Shown here in pieces: positions 40,517 to 49,692 of a DNA stretch of 64,000 bases. Numbering within the stretch: position 1 is the stretch's first letter; every line of letters begins with the position of its first letter. The stretch is from Alphaproteobacteria bacterium (GTDB taxonomy: Bacteria > Pseudomonadota > Alphaproteobacteria > Geminicoccales > Geminicoccaceae). The notes below the pieces were generated by a model, which did not search any database, was not told the DNA's origin, and worked only from the letters and a program-made list of their open reading frames with translations. The stretch covers positions 20,612 to 84,611 of the forward strand of contig JBKHCM010000001.1 of NCBI GenBank assembly GCA_046541805.1, in the 5' to 3' direction. The position numbers and the translations under genes are program-made.

Positions 40517-42571
40517 TTGCTAGCGCGCCTGTTGATCCTGCTGGCCGTGCTCGTGCCGCAACTCGCCTCCGAGGTCGCCGGCGCCGAAAGCGTGCGCACC
40601 GACCGCGTCACCGCGCGGCTGGTCGCCGAGGCGGCGCAGGTGGCGCCGGGCGAGACCGTCTGGGTCGGCCTCCATCTCGACATCGTCGACGGCTGGCACA
40701 CCTACTGGCGCAATCCGGGCGACAGCGGCGAGGCGACGTCGCTCGACTGGAGCCTGCCGGAGGGTGTGGTCGCCGGCGACATCGTCTGGCCGCACCCCGA
40801 GGCCCTGCCCTTCGGCCCGTTGGTGAACTACGGCTACGAGGACGAGGCGCTGCACCTCGTGCCGATCACCCTGCCCGCCGACTGGCCCGCGGGCGAGCCT
40901 CTGCCGCTCGAGGTCGACGCCCGCTGGCTCGCCTGTGATGACATCTGCGTGCCGGAGGAGGGCACCGTCGCCCTCACCCTGCCGACCGGGGCGACGACCG
41001 AGCCCGACCCGACGTCGGGATCGCTCTTCGAGCGCTTTCGCGCCCAGGTGCCCGAGCCGGCGGGCTTCGACGTCACGGCGACGGGGGGCGAGCGGCCGGA
41101 GCTCGTCGTCGAACGGGAACTCCCCCGCGGCGCCAAGGCACACTTCTTCCCCTACGACACCGGCGTCGTCGCGCCCGCGGCCGAGCAGCGTCTGAGCCGC
41201 GGTGGCGAGAGCTTCACCCTGCGCCTGGAGGCGGGGGGCGACGCCGCCCCGGAGCGCCTCGCCGGGGTCCTCGTCGTGAGCGAGAGCTTGGGCGCGCAGA
41301 CCTTCAGCGAGGCGTTCGAGATCGCCCCGGAGGTCACCGCCGCGCCCGCCGCCGCGAGCCCGCCGCTCGGCTTGCTCGCGGCCATCGGCCTCGCCCTCGG
41401 CGGCGGGTTGCTGTTGAACCTGATGCCGTGCGTCTTTCCCGTGCTGTCGATGAAGGCGCTCGCCCTCATCCAGACCGGCTCGGCCGAGCGCCGCCGCGCC
41501 CGCATCGAGGGGCTGGCCTACACCGCCGGCGTGCTCGTGACCTTCCTCGCCGTCGGCGGCGCGCTGGTCGCCGCACGGCTCGCCGGCGTACAGGTGGGCT
41601 GGGGCTTTCAGCTGCAATCGCCGCTGATCGTGGCCGCCCTCGCCTATCTGTTGTTCGTCATCGGTTTGAACCTCTCGGGCCTGTTCGAGCTGACGGGCCC
41701 CGCGGGCCTGGGCGGTGGGCTCGCCCGCGACGGCGCCGGGGGCGCCTTCTTCACCGGCGCGCTCGCGGTCGTGGTCGCGACGCCGTGCACCGCTCCGTTC
41801 ATGGCCACCGCACTCGGCTTCGCGCTGGTGCAGCCGCCGCCGGTGACGCTCGCGGTCTTCGCCGCCTTGGGCCTCGGCCTCGCCCTGCCGTTTCTCGTGG
41901 TGAGCCTCGTGCCCGCCCTCGCCCGCCGGTTGCCGCGGCCGGGACCCTGGATGGTGCGGCTGAAGCAGGGGCTCGCCTTTCCGATGTACGCCTCCGCCGC
42001 GTGGCTGGTCTGGGTGCTGGCGCGCCAGGCCGGCCCGGACGCCGTCCTCGCCGTCCTCGGCGGGGCGACGCTGTTGGCGTTCGGGCTCTGGCTCGCCGCC
42101 CCGGCCGAGCGCCGGCCGCCGCGGGCGGCACGGGCGGTGGGCGTCGTCGCCGCGGTGGCGGCGCTGGCACTCCTGGCGGTACCGGCGGCGCTGCGGCTCG
42201 ACGCGATGGCGGCGGGGACGGGAGCACCCGGCGAGGCCTGGTCGAGCGAGCGGCTGGACGCCGCCCGCGCCGCGGGCGAGCCGGTGCTGGTCAACATGAC
42301 CGCCGCCTGGTGCCTCACCTGCAAGGTCAACGAGCAGGTGGCGCTCTCCGGCGCTCGCTTCGCCGGCGTGCTGGAGCGCACCGAAACCCGTTACCTGGTC
42401 GGCGACTGGACCAACCGCAACGCCGCGATCGGCGCCTATATCGACCGTTTCGATCACCCGGGCGTGCCGCTCTACGTCGTCTACCCCGCGGATGGCGGCG
42501 AGCCGGAGGTCTTACCCCAGGTGCTCACCCCGGGCACGATCGCCAACGCGCTCGAGGCCGCCTCCGGTTGA
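40517..42571 (+). CDS. DsbD-family thiol:disulfide interchange protein (N-terminal DsbD-alpha-like domain, CcdA-like membrane core, C-terminal thioredoxin domain)
   Basis: ORF 40460..42571. TTG 40517 follows AAGGAGGG and gives a signal peptide LLARLLILLAVLVPQLASEVAGA. WHTYWRNPGDSG, CDDICVPE, NLMPCVFPVLS, TPCTAPFM, C-terminal TAAWCLTCKVNE. Confidence 0.85.
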   Translation: MLARLLILLAVLVPQLASEVAGAESVRTDRVTARLVAEAAQVAPGETVWVGLHLDIVDGWHTYWRNPGDSGEATSLDWSLPEGVVAGDIVWPHPEALPFGPLVNYGYEDEALHLVPITLPADWPAGEPLPLEVDARWLACDDICVPEEGTVALTLPTGATTEPDPTSGSLFERFRAQVPEPAGFDVTATGGERPELVVERELPRGAKAHFFPYDTGVVAPAAEQRLSRGGESFTLRLEAGGDAAPERLAGVLVVSESLGAQTFSEAFEIAPEVTAAPAAASPPLGLLAAIGLALGGGLLLNLMPCVFPVLSMKALALIQTGSAERRRARIEGLAYTAGVLVTFLAVGGALVAARLAGVQVGWGFQLQSPLIVAALAYLLFVIGLNLSGLFELTGPAGLGGGLARDGAGGAFFTGALAVVVATPCTAPFMATALGFALVQPPPVTLAVFAALGLGLALPFLVVSLVPALARRLPRPGPWMVRLKQGLAFPMYASAAWLVWVLARQAGPDAVLAVLGGATLLAFGLWLAAPAERRPPRAARAVGVVAAVAALALLAVPAALRLDAMAAGTGAPGEAWSSERLDAARAAGEPVLVNMTAAWCLTCKVNEQVALSGARFAGVLERTETRYLVGDWTNRNAAIGAYIDRFDHPGVPLYVVYPADGGEPEVLPQVLTPGTIANALEAASG

Positions 42572-42858
42572 TCGTGGCCGCGGCGGCGACGAGTTCTCGG
42601 CGAGCGAGGGCGCGCGGCTTCGAACGGGTCGAGAGCCTCGGCGGCGAGCCCTTCGCCCGTGCCGTGCTCGCGGCCGAGGCGCCGCACCCTTCGCGCCTGC
42701 ACGTCGCCCGCACGGCCGCTGTGGACGACCACGTCCAAGCCGGCGCCAACCACGTCCATTCCGTGTGGAACGACCGCCGCGACGTCTGCGCCGAGGATCG
42801 CCCGCATCGCCACCACCGCCTCGAGCACGGCGGCGACCTGGGCAGCGGCTGCGCGCTG

Positions 42859-44241
42859 TCAGCGGGGCCGGACCTCGAACAGCGGGATCGGGTTCGGGTA
42901 GGTGGTGACCACCGCCAGCGGCTCGATCGCGACGTCGTCGACGATCCGGAGCTCGACGTCGCGCAGGGTACGGGCGACGGCGAGCGTCGCCTCGGTGAGC
43001 GCGAACTGCGCACCGATGCACACCCGCGGCCCGGCGCCGAAGGGCATGTAGGTGTACTTCGCCGGCGCCTTGGCCGCCGGCAAAAAGCGCGTCGGATCGA
43101 AGACGTTCGGCTGGTCCCAGTAGGCCTCGTGGCGGTGCAGGACCCAGGGCGCGATGCTGACGAGGTCGCCGGCCGCGACCTTCTCGCCCGCGACCTCGTC
43201 GTCGCCTCTGGCCTCGCGCACGATCAGGAACGCCGGCGGGAACAGGCGCAGGCTCTCGTCCACCACGGCGCGGGTGAGCGGCAGGTCGGCGACGGCGTCG
43301 GGCGCCCCCTCCGCCGAGAGGTCGCGGGTGGCGGCCTCGCGGGCGACGGCCGCCTGCAGCCGCGGCGCGCGGGCGAGCATGATGAACGCCCAGAGCACGG
43401 TGAGCGCCGTGGTCTCGTGGCCGGCGATGATGAAGGTGGCGAACTGATCCCTGAGCTCGTCCAGCTCGAAGCCGCGGCCGGTCTCGGGATCGCGCGCCTC
43501 CGCCATCAGGTCGAAGAGATCGCGCCTGGCACCTTCGCGCGGCATGCGCTTTCGGGTCTCGACCATGGCCTGGATGAAGTCGAGCCAGCGGCGGCCCTGG
43601 CGGCGGCGGATGAGCTCGGCCGGCCCCGGCACCGAGGCCGGCAGCAGGATGTCGGAGGGAAAGGGCGCGCCGTAGTCGCGGCCGTAGGTCTCGAAGAGCT
43701 TTCTGAGCTGCGGGCCGCGGCGCTCCATCGCGGTCGAGAACATGGCGCGGCCGGCGACCTCGATGGCGAGGCGCTGGATCATCGGCATCAGATCAAACGC
43801 GCCCACGGCCTCGGCCTTGAGCCGGCGGACCTCCTGGTCGAGCACCTCGGCGGTAGTGCGCGCGACGATGCGCATCGCCCTCGGGGTGAAGGCCGGTGCC
43901 AGCGTCCGGCGCTGAAAGCGCCATTGCTCGCCCTCGCTCAAGAACAGCCCCTCGCCGAGCATCGGGCGCAGAATGCGGAAGGTGGCCGGCGTGCGGGTGT
44001 AGTTCTCCGAGTTCTCGACCAGCACGCGCTTGATGCCCACCGGGTCGTTGGTGAAGACCGAGCGCTGGCCGAAGAACGGGCCCGCCATCGTCATTTGACG
44101 AAAGGCATCGCGCCCGTAGAGCGCGAGCATGTTGCGCCGCATCGCCAGCAGCATCTCGGGCCGGGTCAGCGGGCCGACCGCCGGCGTCGGCGCTGGGGCC
44201 TCGAGGCGCTCGAAGGTGTCGAGGGCTTCGGCGTCGGGCAT
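42859..44241 (-). CDS. cytochrome P450 (CYP4/CYP102-like class)
   Basis: Real part of ORF 42859..45600 (ATG 44241). AGHETT (I-helix), ESLRLFPP (ExxR), haem loop FGAGPRVCIGAQFA. Confidence 0.9.
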   Translation of the reverse strand: MPDAEALDTFERLEAPAPTPAVGPLTRPEMLLAMRRNMLALYGRDAFRQMTMAGPFFGQRSVFTNDPVGIKRVLVENSENYTRTPATFRILRPMLGEGLFLSEGEQWRFQRRTLAPAFTPRAMRIVARTTAEVLDQEVRRLKAEAVGAFDLMPMIQRLAIEVAGRAMFSTAMERRGPQLRKLFETYGRDYGAPFPSDILLPASVPGPAELIRRRQGRRWLDFIQAMVETRKRMPREGARRDLFDLMAEARDPETGRGFELDELRDQFATFIIAGHETTALTVLWAFIMLARAPRLQAAVAREAATRDLSAEGAPDAVADLPLTRAVVDESLRLFPPAFLIVREARGDDEVAGEKVAAGDLVSIAPWVLHRHEAYWDQPNVFDPTRFLPAAKAPAKYTYMPFGAGPRVCIGAQFALTEATLAVARTLRDVELRIVDDVAIEPLAVVTTYPNPIPLFEVRPR

Positions 44242-44283
44242 CAAGGTTCCTCCATCCACAGCTTCGTTACGTAGGGCGCGGCG

Positions 44284-45297
44284 GTGCGGATGCCCAGGCA
44301 CTGGCTCGCGGGCGTCTTGGCGGGGGGACTCGGCGTCGCGGCGCACGCGGCGGAGCCAACCGACTGCCGCGCCGTGCGCCCGGTCGACGCGGCGGGCGAG
44401 CGCGTCGTCGGGGTCGAGGACATCGCTTATGACCCCGCCCGCGAGCGGCTGATCCTGTCGGCCTACGACCGCCGCGCCGTCGCCCGCGCCCTCGCCCGCG
44501 ATGCGCCCGTGCCCCAGGGGGGGCTCTATGCCCTGCCGCTGGCGCGGCTCGCCGGCGGCGAGGTGCGCGTCGAGCCGCTGGCGGTGGCGGGGCTGCCGCC
44601 CGGTGGCCTGCGCCCCCACGGCATCGCGCTCGCCGACGACCGGCTGGCGGTGGTGAACCGCACCGTCGCCGCGGGGCGGATCGCCCCGGTCGTCGACCTC
44701 TTCCGCGTCGATGGCCGGGGGTTCCGCCACATCGCGCGCCTCGCCGAGCCGCGACTGTGCGGGCCCAACGACGCCGCCTTCGCCGGCGACGGGCGGCTGC
44801 TCGTGACCAACGACCGCGGTGCCTGCGGCGGCCCCGCCTGGTGGTGGGAGCGCCTGGCCAACCGGCCCGCGAGCTTCGTTATGGCCTTCGACGGCGACCG
44901 CGGCGCGGTCCTCGCCCGCGGCTTTCGCTTCGCCAACGGCATCACGGTGACGCCGTCGGGCCCCGTCGTCGCCGCCACCCGCGGCCGCCGGCTGCACCGG
45001 CTCGGCGGCGCCAGCGTGGCGCTGCCCTTCGCGCCGGACAACCTGAGCGTCGACGGCGCCGGCGCGGTCTGGGCCGCGGGGCCGGTGAGCCTTTGGCGCT
45101 ACGCCGCCTTTCGTGCCGGCTGGTTGGCCTCGCCCGGGGCGTCGGGTCTGGCGCGGCTGACGGCGGACGGCGCGCTCGCCACGTTCACCGTGCCGGCGGC
45201 GGTGCTCGGCGGCGTCACGGTGGCGGTGCCGGTGGGCGACCGCCTGATCATGGGCGCGGCCTACGCCGACCGGCTGGCGCTCTGCCGCCGACCCTGA
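44284..45297 (+). CDS. secreted paraoxonase/arylesterase-like six-bladed beta-propeller protein (SMP-30/strictosidine-synthase superfamily)
   Basis: Signal peptide ...HWLAGVLAGGLGVAAHAAEP. GPNDAAFAGDGRLLVTNDRG and FANGITVTP resemble the PON motifs PNDIV..G...FY.TNDHY and .NGI. The start may be ATG 44290. Confidence 0.55.
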   Translation: MRMPRHWLAGVLAGGLGVAAHAAEPTDCRAVRPVDAAGERVVGVEDIAYDPARERLILSAYDRRAVARALARDAPVPQGGLYALPLARLAGGEVRVEPLAVAGLPPGGLRPHGIALADDRLAVVNRTVAAGRIAPVVDLFRVDGRGFRHIARLAEPRLCGPNDAAFAGDGRLLVTNDRGACGGPAWWWERLANRPASFVMAFDGDRGAVLARGFRFANGITVTPSGPVVAATRGRRLHRLGGASVALPFAPDNLSVDGAGAVWAAGPVSLWRYAAFRAGWLASPGASGLARLTADGALATFTVPAAVLGGVTVAVPVGDRLIMGAAYADRLALCRRP

Positions 45298-45414
45298 GGC
45301 GCCGCGCTCGGGCCGGGCGCCCGCACCGATCGCTGCCGCGAGCGCGATCGGGGGCTTGCCAAGATCGTCCCGGACGACAGATTGTGTGGGTGCAATCGAA
45401 AGGGGAGAAACTCG

Positions 45415-45582
45415 ATGCGCGTTGTCGCCCTCGCCTTCGCCCTGGCGCTGATCGCCGCCAACACCGCCAGCGCGGGCTGCTGGAGCGCCGGTCAAGTCGC
45501 CGACACGAGCGACCGGACGGTCACCACGGCCGAGGCGCCGATCCAGACCCCGCTGCCCGAGACCGCCGACGGCGAGTCCTGA
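45415..45582 (+). CDS. small secreted or lipoprotein-like peptide (55 aa precursor)
   Basis: ATG 45415 follows AAAGGGGAG. MRVVALAFALALIAANTASAGCWSAGQVADTSDRTVTTAEAPIQTPLPETADGES has a signal peptide with ASA-G or A-G-C cleavage options. GC3 is high. Confidence 0.55.
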   Translation: MRVVALAFALALIAANTASAGCWSAGQVADTSDRTVTTAEAPIQTPLPETADGES

Positions 45583-45600
45583 GCCGGCGCCGATCGGCAC

Positions 45601-45643
45601 GCCACGAACGGCGTCGTTCCATGCGAACGGCGCCGTTCGTGGC
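45601..45643. repeat. nested inverted repeat between convergent genes (probable bidirectional terminator hairpin)
   Basis: 13-bp arms GCCACGAACGGCG / CGCCGTTCGTGGC. Inside are two tandem 14-bp palindromes, GAACGGCGTCGTTC (45606-45619) and GAACGGCGCCGTTC (45625-45638). Confidence 0.5.
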
Positions 45644-45654
45644 GGAAGCGCGGC

Positions 45655-46323
45655 TCACGCCCAGCGCTCCAAGAGGGCCGCGACCTCGGCGAGGTTGGCG
45701 GCGTGCGCATCGGCCGCGAGCGTGCGGACCGGCACGTCGGTGTAGCCGCCCTCGACCAGGACCACCGCGACGCCGGCGGCCCGGGCGGTGTCCCGGTCGG
45801 TGACACTGTCGCCGACGAAGACGCTCGCATGCGCTTCGGCGCCGAGCGCCGCGAGGGTCGCCAGCAGCGGTGCCGGGTCGGGCTTGCGCACCGCGAGGCT
45901 GTCGCCGCCGATGACCGCGCCGAAATACCCGGCGAGCTCGAGCCGCTCGAGGATGATCCGGGTGTGCGCGATCGGCTTGTTGGTGCAAAGGCCCAACCTG
46001 ACGCCCCGGCCGGCGAGCCCGGCGAGGACGTCGCGGGCGTGCGGCATCACCGTCGTGTGGGTGCACGGCGCCTCGAGATAGAGCTCACGAAAGCGCTCGG
46101 TGTAGCGGGCCGCGGCGGCCTCGGAGAGCGGTATGTCGACGGCGGCGAAGGCCCGCTGAACGAGCCGGGTGGCACCCTCGCCCACCATCGCCGTCATCTT
46201 CGCGAGCGATACCGGCGGCTGGCCCTCCTCGGCCAGGAGCCGGTTCACCGCCGGATGCAGGTCGGGCACGCTGTCGACGAGGGTGCCGTCGAGGTCGAAG
46301 ACCACGGCGTGATCGAGGCGCAA
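45655..46323 (-). CDS. gph: HAD-superfamily phosphoglycolate phosphatase
   Basis: VVFDLDGTLVDSVPDL (motif I), LCTNKP (motif II), FVGDSVTDRDTARAAG (motif III/IV). Confidence 0.75.
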   Translation of the reverse strand: MRLDHAVVFDLDGTLVDSVPDLHPAVNRLLAEEGQPPVSLAKMTAMVGEGATRLVQRAFAAVDIPLSEAAAARYTERFRELYLEAPCTHTTVMPHARDVLAGLAGRGVRLGLCTNKPIAHTRIILERLELAGYFGAVIGGDSLAVRKPDPAPLLATLAALGAEAHASVFVGDSVTDRDTARAAGVAVVLVEGGYTDVPVRTLAADAHAANLAEVAALLERWA

Positions 46324-46468
46324 AGGTTCACCTCCTGAAGCTGTCCGTTTACAAGGTGTTCACAAGTCGTGGTGCCTGCGTCGCTCTGCCGCGTGGTGCG
46401 ATTACCGTTGCACCATGCCCTCACGGCTGTGAGATATGTGCCGCTTAGTCATCATGGAGGCGTTGTCC

Positions 46469-47131
46469 ATGGCCAAAGTCCTCGTCGCCGACGATCACCC
46501 GCTCTTCCGCGAAGCGCTGCGCGTCGCGCTCGGCGACGCCTGTGAGAGTGAGGACAACACGATCTTGGAGGCGCAGGATCTCGACGGGATCAAGTCGGTC
46601 GTGGCCGACAACGAAGATCTCGACCTGATCCTGTTGGATCTCAAGATGCCCGGGGTGACCGGATTCTCCGGCCTGGTCGACCTGCGCCAAACGCATCCGG
46701 AGATGCCCGTGGTGGTGGTCTCGGCGACCGAGGAGCCGAAGACCATCCGCGAGGCCATCACCTTCGGCGCCGCCGGGTTCATCCCGAAGTCGCTCGGGCG
46801 CCGCGAGATCGCCAAGGCCATCCAAGCGGTGCTCGACGGCGAGATCTTCCTGCCGGAGAGTGTGCGCGACGACGGCGACGTCGACGACGACGAGCGCCAG
46901 CGCCTCGAGATCGCCAAGCGCATGTCGACGCTGACCCCGCAGCAGATGCGGGTGTTGACGCTCATCGCCGAGGGCAAGCCCAACAAGATCATCGCCTACG
47001 AGCTCGACGTCGCCGAGACCACCGTCAAGGCGCACATCACGGCGATCCTCAGGAAGCTCAAGGTGCACAGCCGGACCCAGGCGGTGCTGGCGGCGCAGAC
47101 GCATTTCTCGAAGGAATCGATCCCGACCTGA
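46469..47131 (+). CDS. NarL/FixJ (LuxR-type HTH) response regulator
   Basis: MAKVLVADDHPLFREAL...LILLDLKMPG (REC). C-terminal LTPQQMRVLTLIAEGKPNKIIAYELDVAETTVKAHITAILRKL. Confidence 0.85.
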   Translation: MAKVLVADDHPLFREALRVALGDACESEDNTILEAQDLDGIKSVVADNEDLDLILLDLKMPGVTGFSGLVDLRQTHPEMPVVVVSATEEPKTIREAITFGAAGFIPKSLGRREIAKAIQAVLDGEIFLPESVRDDGDVDDDERQRLEIAKRMSTLTPQQMRVLTLIAEGKPNKIIAYELDVAETTVKAHITAILRKLKVHSRTQAVLAAQTHFSKESIPT

Positions 47132-47176
47132 GACGGGGTTGCGCCCGCGGGGTCGCGCCGCCGGTCGCCCGGCTCC

Positions 47177-48559
47177 TCACCTGTCCTCGCCGCGCTCGAT
47201 CAGCAGATGTGACAAGAGCGAGCGCAGCCGGCCCGGCCGTACGGGCTTGTTGAGCACCGAGCAGCCCGCCGCGTCGATCCCCTTGCGCACCTCCGCGGTG
47301 CGGTCCGCGGTCACCACGATCGCCGGGATCTTGCGGCCGAGATCGCTGCGGATCGCCGCCACCGTGTCGAGCCCGGTGGCGTCCTCGTCGAGATGGTAAT
47401 CCGCCACCACCACGTCGGCCGCGAGCCCGCTGTCGGCCAAGGCCTTCTCCGCGCGCGCCCCCGAGGTGCCGGTGATCACCCTGCAGCCCCAGCGCTCGAG
47501 CACGGTCGCCATCGCCTCGAGGATGGCGGGCTCGTTCTCGATCACGACGACGACCTTGCCGGCGAGGGTGCTGCCGGCGGGGTCGTCGCCGCTGCGCCGG
47601 CGCGCGGTTTCGGGCGCGGCCCAGCGCAGGACCGGCACGGTGACCGCGAAGCACGAGCCCTTGCCCTCGGTCGAGCGCACGCTCAAGGGGTGGTCGAGCA
47701 TCCGCGCGATGCGCTTGACGATGGCCAGGCCGAGCCCGAAGCCGCGCTCGTAGTCCTCCGCCGCGCCGACCAGCCGGCGAAACTCCTCGAAGATCTCCTC
47801 GAGCTTGTCCGGCGGCATGCCGGCGCCGGTGTCGTGCACCTCGATGCGGACGTGGTCGCCGTCGCGGCGGCAGCCCAACAGCACCTTGCCGTCCTTGGTG
47901 TAGCGGATGGCGTTGGAGAGGAAGTTGCGGATCACCCGCACCAGCAGGTGGCCGTCGGTGCGCGCGGTGCAGCGGATCGGGACGTGGCGCAGCGCGAGGC
48001 CGTGGCTCTTGGCCACCGGGGCGAACTCGGTCGCCGCCGCGGCCAGAAGCTCGCCCAGGTCGACGTCCTTGATGGCCGGCGTCATCACGCCGGCGTCAAG
48101 CTTGGAGATATCCAACAACGCGCCCAAGAGCCGCTCGACGGATTCGAAGGCGGTGTCGACATGGCCGATCAGCCGGCGCTGCTCGTCCGTCTGCTCGGTG
48201 TCGGCGAGCGCGGAGAGAAAGAGCCGGGCGGCGTTGAGCGGCTGCAGCAGGTCGTGGCTGGCGGCGGCGAGAAAGCGCGTCTTCGAGAGGTTGGCCTCGT
48301 CGGCCTGCTGCTTGGCCTCCTCGAGGGCCTGGTTGAGGCGCTGTTGTTCCTCCAGGGCGTGCTTGAGCTCGGAGGTGCGTTCGTTGACCCGCCCCTCGAG
48401 CAAGATCGCCGTCTCGAACAGCGAGAAGTCGTTGCCCTGCAGGTCCATGCTGCGCTCGACCCGGCCCATCAGGACCTGGTTGATCTTGCGCAGCTTGGCG
48501 TTTTCGGCCTCGAGGAGCGCGGTACGGCTGGTGCGTGCGCTCTGCTGTTGTCCCTTCAC
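47177..48559 (-). CDS. soluble hybrid sensor histidine kinase (coiled coil-HisKA-HATPase-REC)
   Basis: H-box FLAAASHDLLQPLNA. N, G1 and G2 boxes (FLSNAIRYT, DTGAGMP, GFGLGLAIV). C-terminal REC VVVIENEPAILE...VVVADYHLD...NKP. No TM segment. Confidence 0.9.
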   Translation of the reverse strand: MKGQQQSARTSRTALLEAENAKLRKINQVLMGRVERSMDLQGNDFSLFETAILLEGRVNERTSELKHALEEQQRLNQALEEAKQQADEANLSKTRFLAAASHDLLQPLNAARLFLSALADTEQTDEQRRLIGHVDTAFESVERLLGALLDISKLDAGVMTPAIKDVDLGELLAAAATEFAPVAKSHGLALRHVPIRCTARTDGHLLVRVIRNFLSNAIRYTKDGKVLLGCRRDGDHVRIEVHDTGAGMPPDKLEEIFEEFRRLVGAAEDYERGFGLGLAIVKRIARMLDHPLSVRSTEGKGSCFAVTVPVLRWAAPETARRRSGDDPAGSTLAGKVVVVIENEPAILEAMATVLERWGCRVITGTSGARAEKALADSGLAADVVVADYHLDEDATGLDTVAAIRSDLGRKIPAIVVTADRTAEVRKGIDAAGCSVLNKPVRPGRLRSLLSHLLIERGEDR

Positions 48560-49692
48560 CGAGTCTCCCGTCCGATGGCCACGCCGGTGAACGTCTGGTT
48601 GACGTGCATCGCGGCGAACTGCTCACCGAACGTATTGAATCCCACGACCGCGTTGTCACGCATGAGCTGACTGGCGAGCGCGAGCGTGCCGCTTTCCTGC
48701 ACGTGCAGCCGGCGCAGGATGGAATCGAAGGCCAGCACCAGCATCGGCGGGCCGAGCTGGCGGTGCAGCTCGTCGAAGAGCCCCTTCAGGTTGCCGAGCA
48801 CGTCGCGCTCGTCGGCGGTGGTGAGGACGAGGCCCTCGTCGATCTTGGCGTAGAACGACAGCGAGCCGTCGGGGTGCGCCTGCTGCACGGCGCGCACGCA
48901 TTCGGCGCCGCCGAGCTTCACCACCAGCGGATGGGTGGCGAAGGTGGTCGGGCCGAGCTCGGCGACCGCCAGCTCGTGGACGCGGGCGTATTCCTCCACC
49001 GCCGGCGCCGCGTTGAACTCGCGCACCAGTCGCTTGGAGGAATCGGCGTCGGTCACCACCAGCTTGCGGTCGCCGGCGACGAAGTTCTGGCTGCGGAACA
49101 CCCGAAAGCGGTATTTGGTCTCGATCAGCACCAAGACCGCGGCGTCGGTGTGAAAGCGGCCGCGGGCGAAGACGGCGGTGCGCTCGAAGGCGAGGCGGTC
49201 CGCCGCCGAGCCGCCGAAGAGCGGGACCCCGTCGAGGGCGTTGCCGATGCAGCTGGCGACCAGCTCCTCGCGGGTGCTCAGCCCGTCGATCAGCATGAAG
49301 CCGAAGACGTCCTCGCCGAGATTGCGGCCCTCGGCGGCGAGGCGGTCGGCGAGGTCGACGGCGAAATGGGTCGCCCGGCTCATCTCGAGCTGGTCGAGGT
49401 GCTCCAGCACGTCGGCCGCGCAGTGAAAGGCGAAGCGCTCGAACGCGACCGCGGTGACGCCGTCGTCGGTGTAGCCCGCGGGGCCGATCTCGCCGGCGCT
49501 GGTGCAGCCGATGACGCACGCTTGCGGATACGCCGCCGCCAAGGGTTCGGCGAAGGCGGGCTGAGCGAAGCGCGGGGCGCAGAAGAACAGCACCAATGCC
49601 GGGTTCCAGGCGCCCAGATCGGCCACCAACTGGGCGGCGGCCGCCTCAGGGTCCTCGAGCGTCGTCGCGGCGCGGTGCACCGCCTCGACCAT
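48556..49692 (-). CDS. FIST_N/FIST_C sensor-domain protein (NosP-like)
   Basis: ORF 48556..49746. ATG 49692 follows GGGGAGGG. ...ALVLFFCAPRF...GCTSAGEIGP...FGFMLIDGLS...GGSAAD...GFNTFGEQ is the typical FIST pattern. Its stop overlaps the kinase start by 4 nt. Confidence 0.8.
   Translation of the reverse strand: MVEAVHRAATTLEDPEAAAAQLVADLGAWNPALVLFFCAPRFAQPAFAEPLAAAYPQACVIGCTSAGEIGPAGYTDDGVTAVAFERFAFHCAADVLEHLDQLEMSRATHFAVDLADRLAAEGRNLGEDVFGFMLIDGLSTREELVASCIGNALDGVPLFGGSAADRLAFERTAVFARGRFHTDAAVLVLIETKYRFRVFRSQNFVAGDRKLVVTDADSSKRLVREFNAAPAVEEYARVHELAVAELGPTTFATHPLVVKLGGAECVRAVQQAHPDGSLSFYAKIDEGLVLTTADERDVLGNLKGLFDELHRQLGPPMLVLAFDSILRRLHVQESGTLALASQLMRDNAVVGFNTFGEQFAAMHVNQTFTGVAIGRETR

Noticed and set aside
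42859-45582. P450 plus small peptide as a RiPP (P450-crosslinked peptide) cluster
   Set aside because: The P450 is a CYP4/CYP102-like type on the opposite strand, separated from the peptide gene by another gene. The peptide has a Sec signal peptide rather than a leader/core layout. The evidence is insufficient.
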